A stretch of DNA of 64,000 nucleotides from an uncultured Bacteroidota bacterium (GTDB lineage Bacteria; Bacteroidota; Bacteroidia; Chitinophagales; LD1): positions 14,750-78,749 of the forward strand of contig CAIOTH010000145.1 in NCBI GenBank assembly GCA_903861145.1, written 5' to 3'. Position numbers and translations under genes: made by a program. Positions 27,361 to 38,176 of this stretch are shown piece after piece. Under the pieces are notes generated by a model. That model saw only the letters and a list, made by a program, of their open reading frames with translations. It ran no database searches and was not told the origin of the DNA. How positions within the stretch are numbered: the first letter of the stretch is position 1; every line of letters begins with the position of its first letter.

Positions 27361-28647
27361 ATGTCTGATAAAGCTATCATCAACCTAGAAGGTAAACCTT
27401 ATGAACTTCCTGTAATAACAGGTACCGAAAACGAAAAAGCAGTTGATATTTCAAAGCTTCGTGCACAATCGGGTTATGTAACTTTTGATGAAGGGTATAA
27501 AAACACCGGTGCCACCATCAGTAACATTACTTTTTTGGATGGTGAAAAAGGTATCCTGCGCTACCGTGGATATAACATTGAAGACCTGGCCGAGAAATCG
27601 TCTTTTACCGAGGTTATGTATTTGTTGCTTTACGGTGAATTGCCAACGGCTGACCAGAAAGCTACCTTTGAAGGCACTCTTACACAGCATACACTGGTGC
27701 ATGAAAATATAAAGAAGGTGTTCGATGTGTTCCCTTCAGGTTCGCACCCAATGGGCCAGTTAATGACCATGATTGCGGCGCTGTCTTCTTTCTATCCTGA
27801 TTCATTAAATCCCAATAAGAGCCCTGAGGCAACTAACCTTACTATTATGCGCTTGCTGGCAAAAATGCCAACCATAGCTGCCATGATTCAGAAAAAAGGC
27901 AAGGGCCACCCGGTACTTTACCCTCAAAACAAATACGACTACGTTACCAACTTCCTTTACATGACTTTTGGTAATGTTACCGAAGATTATATTATCGATC
28001 CTGTTGTGGTTGATGCCATGAACAAGCTTTTGATTTTGCATGCCGACCATGAGCAGAACTGTTCAACTTCTACGGTGCGCATGGTAGGTTCATCTCATGC
28101 CAACTTGTATGCATCTATCGGAGCCGGTGTTGCCAGCCTGTGGGGCCCTCGCCACGGTGGTGCCAACCAGGAAGTACTGGAGATGCTTGAATTTATACGC
28201 GATAACGATAAAGGCGATGTAAAGAAAGTTGTTGCTGAAGCAAAAGACAAGAAACGCTTGCTGTTTGGTTTCGGTCACCGAGTTTACAAAAATTTCGACC
28301 CTCGTGCTAAAATTCTCAAAAAATCGTGCGATGATATTTTAGCTAAAATAGGCGTAAGCGATCCTTTGCTTGCAATTGCCAAGGAACTGGAGGAAGCCGC
28401 GTTAAATGACCCTTACTTCATCGAAAGAAAACTATATCCAAACGTCGATTTCTACTCTGGTATTATTTACAAAGCTCTCGGATTTCCTACATCTATGTTC
28501 ACCGTACTCTTTGCATTGGGCCGCCTACCGGGCTGGATTTCTCAATGGAAAGAAATGCGAGAAAAGAACGAAGATATTGGCCGCCCTCGTCAAATTTACA
28601 CAGGCCCTACGCAACGGGCTTTTGTAGAGCTGGCTAAAAGAAAATAA
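27361..28647 (+). CDS. gltA: Citrate synthase
   Basis: LRYRGY, LHADHEQNCST, GPRHGGAN, GFGHRVYK, YPNVDFYSG, RPRQIYTG. Confidence 0.98.
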   Translation: MSDKAIINLEGKPYELPVITGTENEKAVDISKLRAQSGYVTFDEGYKNTGATISNITFLDGEKGILRYRGYNIEDLAEKSSFTEVMYLLLYGELPTADQKATFEGTLTQHTLVHENIKKVFDVFPSGSHPMGQLMTMIAALSSFYPDSLNPNKSPEATNLTIMRLLAKMPTIAAMIQKKGKGHPVLYPQNKYDYVTNFLYMTFGNVTEDYIIDPVVVDAMNKLLILHADHEQNCSTSTVRMVGSSHANLYASIGAGVASLWGPRHGGANQEVLEMLEFIRDNDKGDVKKVVAEAKDKKRLLFGFGHRVYKNFDPRAKILKKSCDDILAKIGVSDPLLAIAKELEEAALNDPYFIERKLYPNVDFYSGIIYKALGFPTSMFTVLFALGRLPGWISQWKEMREKNEDIGRPRQIYTGPTQRAFVELAKRK

Positions 28648-28661
28648 CAGGCAAGCACAAA

Positions 28662-28708
28662 ACTTAAAAGCAATGGCCGTTCAATTTGAACGGCCATTGC
28701 TTTTAAGT
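28662..28708. terminator. Bidirectional terminator
   Basis: Perfect palindrome ACTTAAAAGCAATGGCCGTTCAA-T-TTGAACGGCCATTGCTTTTAAGT between convergent genes. Confidence 0.88.
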
Positions 28709-28712
28709 ATAC

Positions 28713-29954
28713 CTAAATAACCTTCTGCCCTTTCATTTTTGAAAATACTATTTGGCTCCAAATCAAGTACCCTGCTGAGTTTTGATGCAAATCTATTGGC
28801 CAAAAGTAGTTTTCAGCCTTTAGGTGGTGTGCACTAAAGTAATCCTGGTAGTCACTGTAAAGATCAATGTTTAAAATGCTATCCCTTTCCAGTATTTTTT
28901 GAGTGCCCGCCAACTCAAATTTATTTCCCTGTAATTCATTAAGCATCGGGTGTAAAACCACAACAAGTTTAAACTTACTTGCTTTCGATAATTGATTAAA
29001 CCCCTCAATGGCATCTACAAGCTTATCAGCGGCTTTAACCTTCCTTTGTACCTCTTCCTTTTCGGGCACCAGGTTAAAGGTATAGTGAAATACATTTCTA
29101 ACCACCATTCTAAAGATAATACTGGCCCCATATATAGGTTCCCACCATGGCGAAGCGGTAAGAGATACTTCTCCATTCGCGGCAAAACGTTCAAATCCCC
29201 CACGTTCAGCTATATCATTTATATCCGAAGCATTGGTGGCTACAATTACTATATCGGGATTATACTTTAGCATACGCCCTTTAAGCAAGTACAACTCAAA
29301 AAAAGGATCACTGCCGCTAACTCCGGCATTAATAACTGTATAAACAGTATCAGAGGAAGTTTTTGCGAGTTGTTGTTGAAGAAGCACCGGCCATGTTGAA
29401 TCCCCGGGTGCTCCAATCCCTTCAGTAAAAGAATCTCCGAGAGTAAGAATTCGCACCTCATTCTTTTTCTTTGCCAAAGGGATACTGTCTGTTCTAAGGC
29501 CATCGTGGTTAAAGCCGTGTAGGTACCGGTACTCCGTTTTACTTACCCACCTGGTGTTATCTGCCGGGTTTGCATATATCCAACCAATTTGGCCACCCTT
29601 TTTCCAAAAATGATGATTGATGGAACTGAATTTTTGCCTTATCGAATTACTGTTATAAACCAGGGCACCATTGCGCTCATTATAATTAAAGTAAGCAGTT
29701 GGTTTTATCAAATAGCGTAGCCCAAGGTCGGCAACACAAAGGGTAAGGCAGATGCTTGTAATTGTGAGATTAATATTGGAGGTATTGCTTTTTAACCCGG
29801 TTGCCTTACTTATTATCGAGGTTACAAGAAATAAGATAAGGGCTCCGGTTGTATACAGAATAATAGTTGTGTAAAAAGAAACGGTGCCACATATAATAGA
29901 AAGAAATGTTAGCATCAATAAAATAACGTATAGTAAAATTACGGCCAATCTCAT
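28713..29954 (-). CDS. Membrane-anchored SGNH/GDSL hydrolase or acyltransferase-like protein
   Basis: Three N-terminal TMs; LGDSFTEG (block I), INAGVSG (II), ATNASD (III), DLHQN (V). Confidence 0.82.
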   Translation of the reverse strand: MRLAVILLYVILLMLTFLSIICGTVSFYTTIILYTTGALILFLVTSIISKATGLKSNTSNINLTITSICLTLCVADLGLRYLIKPTAYFNYNERNGALVYNSNSIRQKFSSINHHFWKKGGQIGWIYANPADNTRWVSKTEYRYLHGFNHDGLRTDSIPLAKKKNEVRILTLGDSFTEGIGAPGDSTWPVLLQQQLAKTSSDTVYTVINAGVSGSDPFFELYLLKGRMLKYNPDIVIVATNASDINDIAERGGFERFAANGEVSLTASPWWEPIYGASIIFRMVVRNVFHYTFNLVPEKEEVQRKVKAADKLVDAIEGFNQLSKASKFKLVVVLHPMLNELQGNKFELAGTQKILERDSILNIDLYSDYQDYFSAHHLKAENYFWPIDLHQNSAGYLIWSQIVFSKMKGQKVI

Positions 29955-30048
29955 AGGCGGCTAATTTAGTGTTTCTGGTAGTCTAAAAAATTAAATCCGC
30001 TGGCAATTATGACTGTATTTTTGGCTTCTGAAACGGTATATTTACACT

Positions 30049-30408
30049 ATGCACAGCATTGATGAAATAGCTGCTTTTATAAAATCTGAAAGCGGTTTGT
30101 TGGATGAGGATATCCATTCCCATTTAGGCCATTTAAATTCGAAGTTCAAAGACTTCCTTTCAAAGCTCGAACAAGAAGATGAGCAAACTAAAGTTGCTTT
30201 TCAACTTGTAGTACAATCTTCTTTTCATGGCCGCCAACTTACGCATGATGAAAAACTGGAAATAGAAACCCAACTAAAAGAACTTTTAAAAACTGCCGAT
30301 CTTGTAGCCTTGACTGTTTTACCCGGCGGCACAGTAGTGCTTATACTTTCAAGTTTCCTTAAACTGAACCCCTATATTTTGCCCTCTGTGTTTTTGAGTA
30401 AGCCGTAG
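30049..30408 (+). CDS. Small LETM1-like domain protein
   Basis: LTHDEK...QLKELLKT...LTVLPGGTVVL...YILPSVF resembles the LETM1-family LLPGG...LLPS signature. Confidence 0.55.
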   Translation: MHSIDEIAAFIKSESGLLDEDIHSHLGHLNSKFKDFLSKLEQEDEQTKVAFQLVVQSSFHGRQLTHDEKLEIETQLKELLKTADLVALTVLPGGTVVLILSSFLKLNPYILPSVFLSKP

Positions 30409-30413
30409 CTATG

Positions 30414-30454
30414 TCCTCCGCTGGCCGGGGTGTCCGCTTCGGACGGGGGTGGAG
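30414..30454. repeat. GC-rich REP-like relic
   Basis: TCCTCCGCTGGCCGGGGTGTCCGCTTCGGACGGGGGTGG with hairpin GTCCG-CTT-CGGAC, between convergent genes. Confidence 0.45.
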
Positions 30455-30501
30455 AGACTCTTCGTCAACCAAATGCCCCAGCTACCACGCGCTATACTCT
30501 C

Positions 30502-32700
30502 CTACAAAATCAACAACCCATTTTCCCTCAACTCACTAAACTTTCTGCTCTTCACAAAATCCTCAAAGTTGCTCAACCCCGCCGCTTCATAACTCTTTTT
30601 AAAAGCGGCATATGGCATCGGTTCATTTTCACCAATTATAAGCTTTGGAAAAACTTCCATCAACCAATTTCCTTCTTGGGCCGTAACATGCAAATGCCAA
30701 TCCTTCTTTTTATCGCAAAATTCCAACTCAGCCATTTCAACTGTTTTGTTGCCTTGCTTCGCTTCAAAAAAGGCAACCTCGGGCATGTTGCCTAACCAAA
30801 TAACCAAAGCGTTTTCTTTTGGTAAGGCATCATTATCGTCATTTAGATGGCGTTCAATATAATTAGGTGCGACTGTGGTTTTAGGCGTTTTAAATTCAAA
30901 CCATTTCGATAAAGAAAAATCAAGGCCTACACCATGCATAAAATTGAAAAGCGATTTACTCAACCCGCCCGAAAACATATCGTGGTCGGCACCGGTAGGG
31001 TCTTCGTGGTATAAGTCGTTATCCGCAAAGCCACCAAAATCCGGCCCCACGCGTTCAACTTTAAACTGTGCAGGGTTTAGCCCAACCGGGCTATGTGCCG
31101 TCATAGCAAACCGGTGCCAAAAACCTGACTGTAGCGCTTCATTCAAAAATAACTGCCGCACAACTTCTAATGCATCAACAGTTTCCTGCAAAGTTTGCGT
31201 CGGGAATCCATACATCAAATAGGCGTGTACCATAATACCTGCCTCAGTAAACCCATGCGCAACTCTTGCTACCTGGGCTATAGTTACTCCTTTCTGCATT
31301 ATTGCCAATAACCGGTCCGATGCCACCTCAAGCCCACCCGCTACTGCAATGCAGCCGGAGGCTTTCAGTAACTTCGCAAGGTCTGCAGTAAAGTATTTTT
31401 CAAAGCGGATATTGGTCCACCAAACAACTGTTAGTTTACGGCGGATAATCTCCAAGGCCAACTCGCGTAACAAATGCGGTGGCGCTGCCTCATCAACAAA
31501 ATGAAAACCGTTTTGATTGGTCTGCTTAATAATTTCTTCAATCCTGTCGCACAAAATGGAAGCTGAAACCGGTTCGTAATTTTTGATATAATCCAAAGAG
31601 ATATCGCAGAAAGAGCACTTGCCCCAATAGCAACCGTGCGCCAGCGTAAGCTTGTTCCAGCGCCCATCACTCCATAACCGGTGCATGGGGTTAGCCACCT
31701 CAATAACCGATAAGTATTCGTCCGTCAATAAATCGCTATAATCAGGGGTGCCTACTTCGCGTTGAGCAACATCTTTTTCTTTAGCCCCATTGCAATAAAC
31801 CACTTTGCCATCAATCCGAACATAAGTCCGTTTTAATTCGCTGGCCTGTTTGTCGCCTTGCAAATGCTCAATCAAAATTTGCAATGGCGCTTCGCCATCA
31901 TCTAAACTTACATAGTCCACAAAATCAAAAATACGAGGGTCGTTCAGGCTGCGTAATTCGGTATTGGCGTAACCGCCGCCCAGCACCACTTTAACATCAG
32001 GATATTTGCTTTTAATAAACTGTCCGCACTTTAAAGCACCAAATAAGTTACCCGGAAACGGCACCGACAAACAAACCACCGTAGGTTTATATTGCTCAAC
32101 CTTTTGCTGTAATAACTTAATCAGCATATCGGTAATAATAGTGTTAGGCGTGAGCAGCGATTGATTAAGTTCATCAAAATGAGTTGCCGTTCTACCTAAC
32201 CTCTCCGCATACCTGCTGAAGCCGAAAAACGGGTCAATCGCCTCGGTAATTAAATCGCCTAAATCCTCCAGGTATAAAGTAGCCAGGTGCCGGGCTTTGT
32301 CCTGTATGCCCATGGTGCCGAAAGCCCATTCCAAATCTTCTATCTGCGCAAAGCGGCTGGCCTCGGGCAAATAACTACGGCCACAAATAGCGTGCGCAAG
32401 CGTTGTGTTTTTATTTTGCAGAAAACGAATAACCGGGTCTATCGTTTTAATATACTCCTGCTGCAAAGCATAAATCCGAAATGCATTTTCAGAAAGCTCC
32501 AAATCAAGCGTTTCCAAATGTCTGAACATTTGCTTTAAGCCATCAGAGGAGAAAAGAGCAAGGATAACTTCAATACCCAAATCAGCCTGGTGCGAAACAA
32601 TATTTTGGGTATTCAAAAAGCCCTTTAAATAAGCCGTAGCCGGGTAGGGTGTGTTTAACTGTGTAAACGGTGGCGTTATTAAAAGTAGCTGCTGTTTCAA
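30502..32700 (-). CDS. B12-binding-domain radical SAM protein
   Basis: N-terminal PPFTQLNTPYPATAYL cobalamin-binding region, LGGGYANTE, CYWGKCSFC (CxxxCxxC), FVDEA, GGLEVAS, HAYLMYGFP. A TTG start at 32700 is the likely one. Confidence 0.88.
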   Translation of the reverse strand: MKQQLLLITPPFTQLNTPYPATAYLKGFLNTQNIVSHQADLGIEVILALFSSDGLKQMFRHLETLDLELSENAFRIYALQQEYIKTIDPVIRFLQNKNTTLAHAICGRSYLPEASRFAQIEDLEWAFGTMGIQDKARHLATLYLEDLGDLITEAIDPFFGFSRYAERLGRTATHFDELNQSLLTPNTIITDMLIKLLQQKVEQYKPTVVCLSVPFPGNLFGALKCGQFIKSKYPDVKVVLGGGYANTELRSLNDPRIFDFVDYVSLDDGEAPLQILIEHLQGDKQASELKRTYVRIDGKVVYCNGAKEKDVAQREVGTPDYSDLLTDEYLSVIEVANPMHRLWSDGRWNKLTLAHGCYWGKCSFCDISLDYIKNYEPVSASILCDRIEEIIKQTNQNGFHFVDEAAPPHLLRELALEIIRRKLTVVWWTNIRFEKYFTADLAKLLKASGCIAVAGGLEVASDRLLAIMQKGVTIAQVARVAHGFTEAGIMVHAYLMYGFPTQTLQETVDALEVVRQLFLNEALQSGFWHRFAMTAHSPVGLNPAQFKVERVGPDFGGFADNDLYHEDPTGADHDMFSGGLSKSLFNFMHGVGLDFSLSKWFEFKTPKTTVAPNYIERHLNDDNDALPKENALVIWLGNMPEVAFFEAKQGNKTVEMAELEFCDKKKDWHLHVTAQEGNWLMEVFPKLIIGENEPMPYAAFKKSYEAAGLSNFEDFVKSRKFSELRENGLLIL

Positions 32701-32760
32701 AACAAATGAATATAACACAATGATAGCGCGAAATGGCCAAAGAAATCCGAAATAAAATTC

Positions 32761-33053
32761 TGTATACTTTAGTATACTTTTCTGTAAATCATTATATGTA
32801 AAACACAGATAAACAATAAGTTGCTTCGCCTGAAATCAGCATTTTCAGCTCATTTTTTAGCGTGTATACTTTTTTCAAAAACACCTGCCAACATATTGTT
32901 TATCAGTAAATTGCATCAAGGCATTAAACCTTGCACTCACCAATTTTTAACCATTTTTCACCGGTTAAATAAGCCTATATATCTCAAATAACGCCTCCAA
33001 ATCGATAAATCAGCCAAAATAACATTTTTACCATTTGGTATTATATTACGAAG
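32761..33053 (-). repeat. ~300-bp dispersed non-coding element, copy R2
   Basis: Reverse-complement homologue of 2133-2445. Three AAAGTATAC(A/T) units at 32863, 32771 and 32761; internal 12/13 inverted repeat at 32806-32818 / 32894-32906. Confidence 0.8.
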
Positions 33054-33097
33054 TTAAGCAGATAATATGAGAGCTTAAGGGGGTGGGGAAAACTATT

Positions 33098-33685
33098 TCA
33101 GTCCCTATCCTGGCTAAATGCCTTTTCAATATTTTTATCGGGCAGCAGCCACATTACAGCCACCAGTACAAAAAGGGCCTCCGAAATAAACGGGTTATAA
33201 AAAGCGAACGGAATGCCTGCGCCGTACAAAACAACCGATATCCAACCTTTGCGGGTTTGCCGGTCCATTGCTTTTTTTATAGGCGGCGTCCAATCGCTCT
33301 CTTTTTCAATAAAATTCTGCAATGCCGTCCAGCCCAATCCGCAGGTAAGCAATACTACTGCGTATACAGCCACCGGCACCGGTGCAAACTCGGTTTCGCT
33401 TACCCAATTGGTAGCAATTGGCACTAACGAGAGAAAGAACAGCAACAACATATTAAGCACCATAATTTTGCCGTTCACTTTTTTAACTGTGTGTAGTAGA
33501 TGGTGATGGTTGTTCCAATACACCCCTATAAACCAAAAGCTTTGTACGTAACAGAAGAATGCAGGCAACACTAAAAGAAGGTCTTTCAACTCATGCCCAT
33601 GCGGCATTTTTATTTCAAGAACCATTATGGTAATGATAATGGCCAACATACCATCACTAAATGCTTCGAGGCGGTTTTTGTTCAT
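33098..33685 (-). CDS. TMEM175 (DUF1211) family potassium channel
   Basis: RLEAFSDGMLAIIITIMVLEI signature, YWNNHHHLL, six TMs. Confidence 0.92.
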   Translation of the reverse strand: MNKNRLEAFSDGMLAIIITIMVLEIKMPHGHELKDLLLVLPAFFCYVQSFWFIGVYWNNHHHLLHTVKKVNGKIMVLNMLLLFFLSLVPIATNWVSETEFAPVPVAVYAVVLLTCGLGWTALQNFIEKESDWTPPIKKAMDRQTRKGWISVVLYGAGIPFAFYNPFISEALFVLVAVMWLLPDKNIEKAFSQDRD

Positions 33686-33708
33686 GGATTAAATTAATTG
33701 CTCCTTTC

Positions 33709-36700
33709 CTACATATTCCTCCTATACTGCCCACCCACCTCGTAAAGAGCATGTGTAATCTGCCCGAGCGAACAATGCTTCACCGTCTCCATCAACTCAG
33801 CAAATAAATTGCCGTTGGCGGTGGCTACCTGTTGTAGTTTTTTCAAAGCTTCATCGGCGTCAGGAGCGTGGCGCTTCTTAAAGGCATTGAGCGCATCAAT
33901 TTGAAACTCTTTTTCCTCTTTGGTTGAGCGTATTACTTCACTAGGTATTATAGTAGGCGATCCGTTTTTGCTGAGGAAGGTATTAACTCCCACAATAGGG
34001 AACTCACCGGTGTGCTTTTGGTGTTCGTAGTAAAGGCTTTCTTCCTGTATTTTGTTGCGCTGGTACATGCGCTCCATAGCGCCCAATACGCCGCCGCGTT
34101 CGGTAATGCGTTTAAATTCTGTCAGCACGGCTTCTTCAACCAGTTGGGTTAATTCTTCAATTAAAAAGGAGCCCTGGTTAGGGTTTTCGTTTTTGGCGGT
34201 GCCCAACTCACGGTTAATAATTAATTGTATAGCCATGGCCCGGCGTACACTTTCTTCGGTAGGTGTTGTAATCGCTTCGTCGTATGCATTGGTGTGTAGC
34301 GAGTTGCAGTTATCGTAAATGGCATACAAAGCCTGTAGCGTGGTGCGTATATCGTTAAAGTCAATTTCCTGTGCGTGCAAACTACGGCCGCTGGTTTGTA
34401 TATGGTACTTCAACTTCTGCGACCGGTCGTTACCCTTGTATTTATTTTTCATGGCCTTGGCCCAAATACGGCGGGCTACCCGGCCAATAACCGAATACTC
34501 AGGGTCCATACCATTGCTGAAAAAGAACGACAGGTTTGGTGCAAAATCATCAATATGCATGCCGCGGCTCAGGTAATACTCTACGTAAGTAAAACCATTA
34601 GCCAATGTAAACGCAAGTTGTGTGATTGGGTTAGCACCGGCCTCGGCAATATGGTAGCCGGATATAGAAACCGAATAAAAATTGCGCACTTTATTTTCAA
34701 TAAAATACTGTTGCACATCGCCCATCATTTTCAAAGCAAACTCAGTACTGAATATGCAGGTGTTTTGCGCCTGGTCCTCTTTCAAAATATCAGCCTGCAC
34801 CGTGCCACGGGCAGATGCTAAGGCTTTTGCTTTTAGTTTTTCATAAACATCTTTCGGCAAAACCTGGTCGCCACTGGTGCCGAGCAAAGTCAAGCCAAGT
34901 CCATCATTTCCTTCCGGCAGGCTACCATTGTATTTACCTCTTGGGTCCTTGCCCTTATCAATCTGCTCAAGTTTCTTTTTTACTTCGGCCTCAAGTTTAT
35001 TTTCCTTGATATATTTTTCGCACTCCTGGTCAATGGCGGCATTCATAAAAAACGCCAACAACATAGGCGCAGGGCCGTTTATGGTCATAGATACCGAAGT
35101 CTTCGGGTCGCACAAATCAAAACCGCTGTAAAGCTTTTTGGCATCATCAACAGTGGCAATACTTACACCGCTGTTACCCACCTTGCCATAAATATCTGGC
35201 CGGTGGTCAGGGTCTTCGCCATACAACGTAACCGAATCAAAAGCCGTAGATAATCTCTTAGCCGGTTGCCCTAACGATACATAATGAAAACGCTTGTTGG
35301 TCCTTTCTGGCCCACCCTCGCCGGCAAACATACGGGTAGGGTCCTCGCCCTCACGCTTTAACGGAAACACACCAGCGGTAAATGGAAACTCTCCCGGCAC
35401 GTTTTCCTGCAGTTGCCACTTCAATATATCGCCCCAATCGCTATACTTCGGCAAGTACACCTTACGAATGGTAGTACCCGATAAACTTTTATAAGTAAAA
35501 GGCAATTGCAAAACTTTATCGCGCACTTCGAACGCAAAAGTATCGGCGCTGTATTTTTTGTTTAGTTCAAGCCAGTTATCAAGTAGCGTTTTACACTCGG
35601 GGTGCAACTTGCTTTCGCAATGTGCTATCAGGTGCCTTATTTCTGTTCCGTCCTTTAGCTCACTTAATACGCCGTTTAGCTTATACAGTTTGCTGGCCAA
35701 CATCGCCTGCTCATTCACCCAGGCATCGTAAGCCTCATTGTTCTCCGATATCTCAGCCAAATACCTAACCCTTGCCGGTGGTATAATCTGCGATTTGGTA
35801 GCCGTGTTTTTAGCCGATGTATGCTTTACATGAAACTCAATACCGGTTTTTGTTTTTACCGCGTTCATCAGCGCTTCAAACAAATGGTTAACACCCGCAT
35901 CGTTAAACTGCGAGGCAATGGTGCCCACCACCGGCAGCTCCTCATCCTTCGCCATAAACATTTGATGGTTACGCTTATATTGCTTGCGCACATCTTGTAA
36001 AGCATCCAAAGCACCTGCCTTATCAAACTTATTGATGGCAATTACATCGGCATAATCCAACATGTTTATTTTCTCCAACTGCGAGGCCGCGCCATATTCG
36101 GGCGTCATTACATACAAAGAGATGTCGCAGTAGTCCAAAATCGAAGCATCGCTTTGCCCAACCCCGGCACTTTCTAAAATGATAAAATCGTAGTGGGCCG
36201 CTTTGCACACATCAATAGCCTCTTGCACGTGTTCGCTCAAAGCCTTGTCGCTTTCACGTGTCGCCAACGAGCGCATATAAGCACGGGGGCTGGATATTGA
36301 GTTCATCCTTATCCTATCACCCAACAACGCCCCACCGGTTTTCTTTTTAGAAGGGTCTACCGAAATAACGGCTATGGTTTTGTCCTTAAAGTTTCTCAAA
36401 AACCGCAACACAATTTCATCTGTTACTGATGACTTGCCTGCGCCACCGGTTCCGGTAATACCTAAAACAGGGGTTTTGCTTTTATCCGGCTCTATTCTGG
36501 CAATCAACTCTTTTCCGCCCTCAACATCGTTTTCAACGGTAGTAATGGCCCTTGCAATTAATTTCCAGTCCTTTTTGTGAAGCGTTTTCAATTCCCCGTT
36601 CAAACTCACTTTGGTATCAAAATCGCACTGGCTTACCACATCTTCTATCATCCCCTCCAAACCCATCTTACGGCCATCGTCGGGCGAGTATATTTTTGAA

Positions 36701-37041
36701 ATGCCGTATTTCTCCAACTCGGCAATTTCGGTGGGTAGGATAGTTCCACCGCCACCGCCAAATATTTTGATATGTCCGCAACCCGCCTCTTTCAACAGGT
36801 CGTGCATGTATTTAAAAAACTCGATGTGCCCTCCCTGGTAAGAGGTAACAGCAATACCCTGCGCATCTTCCTGTATAGCGCACTCCACTATTTCGCGGGC
36901 CGAGCGGTTGTGGCCCAGGTGTATTACTTCGGCGCCCTTGCTTTGCATAATGCGGCGCATAATATTAATGGCGGCATCGTGCCCGTCAAACAGCGCGGCG
37001 GCGGTTACTATTCTTACTTTATGTTTCAACTTCAGGCTCAT
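33709..37041 (-). CDS. icmF: Fused isobutyryl-CoA mutase / MeaB-like GTPase
   Basis: N-terminal B12 domain FDGHD, GTPase GTGGAGKSS and ISVDPS, mutase RMFAGEG (Phe in place of the MCM Tyr), [19 protein letters not shown]. Confidence 0.93.
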   Translation of the reverse strand: MSLKLKHKVRIVTAAALFDGHDAAINIMRRIMQSKGAEVIHLGHNRSAREIVECAIQEDAQGIAVTSYQGGHIEFFKYMHDLLKEAGCGHIKIFGGGGGTILPTEIAELEKYGISKIYSPDDGRKMGLEGMIEDVVSQCDFDTKVSLNGELKTLHKKDWKLIARAITTVENDVEGGKELIARIEPDKSKTPVLGITGTGGAGKSSVTDEIVLRFLRNFKDKTIAVISVDPSKKKTGGALLGDRIRMNSISSPRAYMRSLATRESDKALSEHVQEAIDVCKAAHYDFIILESAGVGQSDASILDYCDISLYVMTPEYGAASQLEKINMLDYADVIAINKFDKAGALDALQDVRKQYKRNHQMFMAKDEELPVVGTIASQFNDAGVNHLFEALMNAVKTKTGIEFHVKHTSAKNTATKSQIIPPARVRYLAEISENNEAYDAWVNEQAMLASKLYKLNGVLSELKDGTEIRHLIAHCESKLHPECKTLLDNWLELNKKYSADTFAFEVRDKVLQLPFTYKSLSGTTIRKVYLPKYSDWGDILKWQLQENVPGEFPFTAGVFPLKREGEDPTRMFAGEGGPERTNKRFHYVSLGQPAKRLSTAFDSVTLYGEDPDHRPDIYGKVGNSGVSIATVDDAKKLYSGFDLCDPKTSVSMTINGPAPMLLAFFMNAAIDQECEKYIKENKLEAEVKKKLEQIDKGKDPRGKYNGSLPEGNDGLGLTLLGTSGDQVLPKDVYEKLKAKALASARGTVQADILKEDQAQNTCIFSTEFALKMMGDVQQYFIENKVRNFYSVSISGYHIAEAGANPITQLAFTLANGFTYVEYYLSRGMHIDDFAPNLSFFFSNGMDPEYSVIGRVARRIWAKAMKNKYKGNDRSQKLKYHIQTSGRSLHAQEIDFNDIRTTLQALYAIYDNCNSLHTNAYDEAITTPTEESVRRAMAIQLIINRELGTAKNENPNQGSFLIEELTQLVEEAVLTEFKRITERGGVLGAMERMYQRNKIQEESLYYEHQKHTGEFPIVGVNTFLSKNGSPTIIPSEVIRSTKEEKEFQIDALNAFKKRHAPDADEALKKLQQVATANGNLFAELMETVKHCSLGQITHALYEVGGQYRRNM

Positions 37042-37130
37042 ACAGGCATTTTGAATTGGGACAATCTACTAATTATAGGGTAAAATTAGAAGATTGGCGC
37101 AAATATGAGGAGAACGACCTTTGCTTCGCA

Positions 37131-37158
37131 ACCCTCTAACTCCCCAAAGGGGAGAACC
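37131..37158. repeat. Short REP-like hairpin relic
   Basis: CCCTCTAA-CTCCCC-AAA-GGGGAG in the divergent icmF/tkt intergenic region. Confidence 0.4.
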
Positions 37159-37261
37159 GCTACCCAGTTAATACAAATGCAAGAGACCATTTCCCACCAT
37201 CGGTGGAAACATTTTTAAGCTTTCCTTCTTCCTGCGCTTATTTTTGATGAAAATTTAAACT

Positions 37262-38113
37262 ATGGCTTCGGTTGAAGAATTAAAGCGCATTGCCTCGCAG
37301 GTTCGCAGAGATATTATACGAATGGTAAATGGGGCAAACAGTGGGCACCCGGGCGGCTCATTGGGCTGCACAGAGTATATGGTAGCTCTCTACTTCAATC
37401 AAATGAAGCACAATAGTAACTTTACCATGGATGGAATTGGTGAGGACATTTTCTTTTTATCTAACGGGCACATTTGCCCGGTTTGGTACAGTGTGCTGGC
37501 GCATTCGGGCTATTTTCAACCAGCCGAGTTGGGCACTTTCCGCAAGCTTAACAGCCGTGTGCAAGGCCACCCTGCCACTGCCGAGCATTTACCGGGTATC
37601 CGTTCAGCCGCGGGTTCATTAGGCCAGGGCATGAGCGTGGCCATTGGCGCGGCGCTTGCCAAAAAACTGAATAAAGACAATAGCATAGTATATACGCTGC
37701 ACGGCGATGGCGAATTTCAGGAAGGCCAGATTTGGGAGGCGCTGATGTTTGCACCTCATCATAAAGTGGACAACCTTATTTGCACCATAGATTACAACAA
37801 CAAACAAATTGACGGCGACGTTGACAAGGTGCTATCGCACCGCAACTTAAAGGCAAAACTCACTGAATTTGGTTGGGATGTGTTAGAAGTTTTAGATGGC
37901 AACGACATGGCAGCTGTTGATGCAGCCCTAACCGATGCCCAATCAAGAACCGGTAAAGGCATTCCGGTATTTATTATGATGCATACTGTTATGGGCAAAG
38001 GGGTTGATTTTATGGAAAACCACCACCAATGGCATGGCGTAGCACCAAACGCCGAACAAACCGCCGCCGCATTGGCTCAACTACCCGAAACGTTGGGTGA
38101 CTATAAAGTATAG
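37262..38113 (+). CDS. Transketolase, N-terminal (TPP-binding) subunit
   Basis: SGHPGGSLG, LSNGH, GSLGQG, GDGEFQEGQIWE...NN TPP motif. Confidence 0.95.
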   Translation: MASVEELKRIASQVRRDIIRMVNGANSGHPGGSLGCTEYMVALYFNQMKHNSNFTMDGIGEDIFFLSNGHICPVWYSVLAHSGYFQPAELGTFRKLNSRVQGHPATAEHLPGIRSAAGSLGQGMSVAIGAALAKKLNKDNSIVYTLHGDGEFQEGQIWEALMFAPHHKVDNLICTIDYNNKQIDGDVDKVLSHRNLKAKLTEFGWDVLEVLDGNDMAAVDAALTDAQSRTGKGIPVFIMMHTVMGKGVDFMENHHQWHGVAPNAEQTAAALAQLPETLGDYKV

Positions 38114-38176
38114 ATTACAGCTCACAGACCCTACAATTGAAATAATACCATTTAATTTCCGTTTTTTACTCAGGAA

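Noticed and set aside
30430-30795. 121-aa + strand ORF
   Set aside because: Starts inside a REP relic and runs antisense to the radical SAM gene.
34052-35494. Several 64-148-aa + strand ORFs
   Set aside because: Antisense to icmF, which has full-length family motifs.
37042-37261. Cobalamin riboswitch upstream of icmF (also sought before the TBDR and radical SAM genes), and a TPP riboswitch before thiL
   Set aside because: No recognisable conserved cores by eye; an Infernal search would be decisive.
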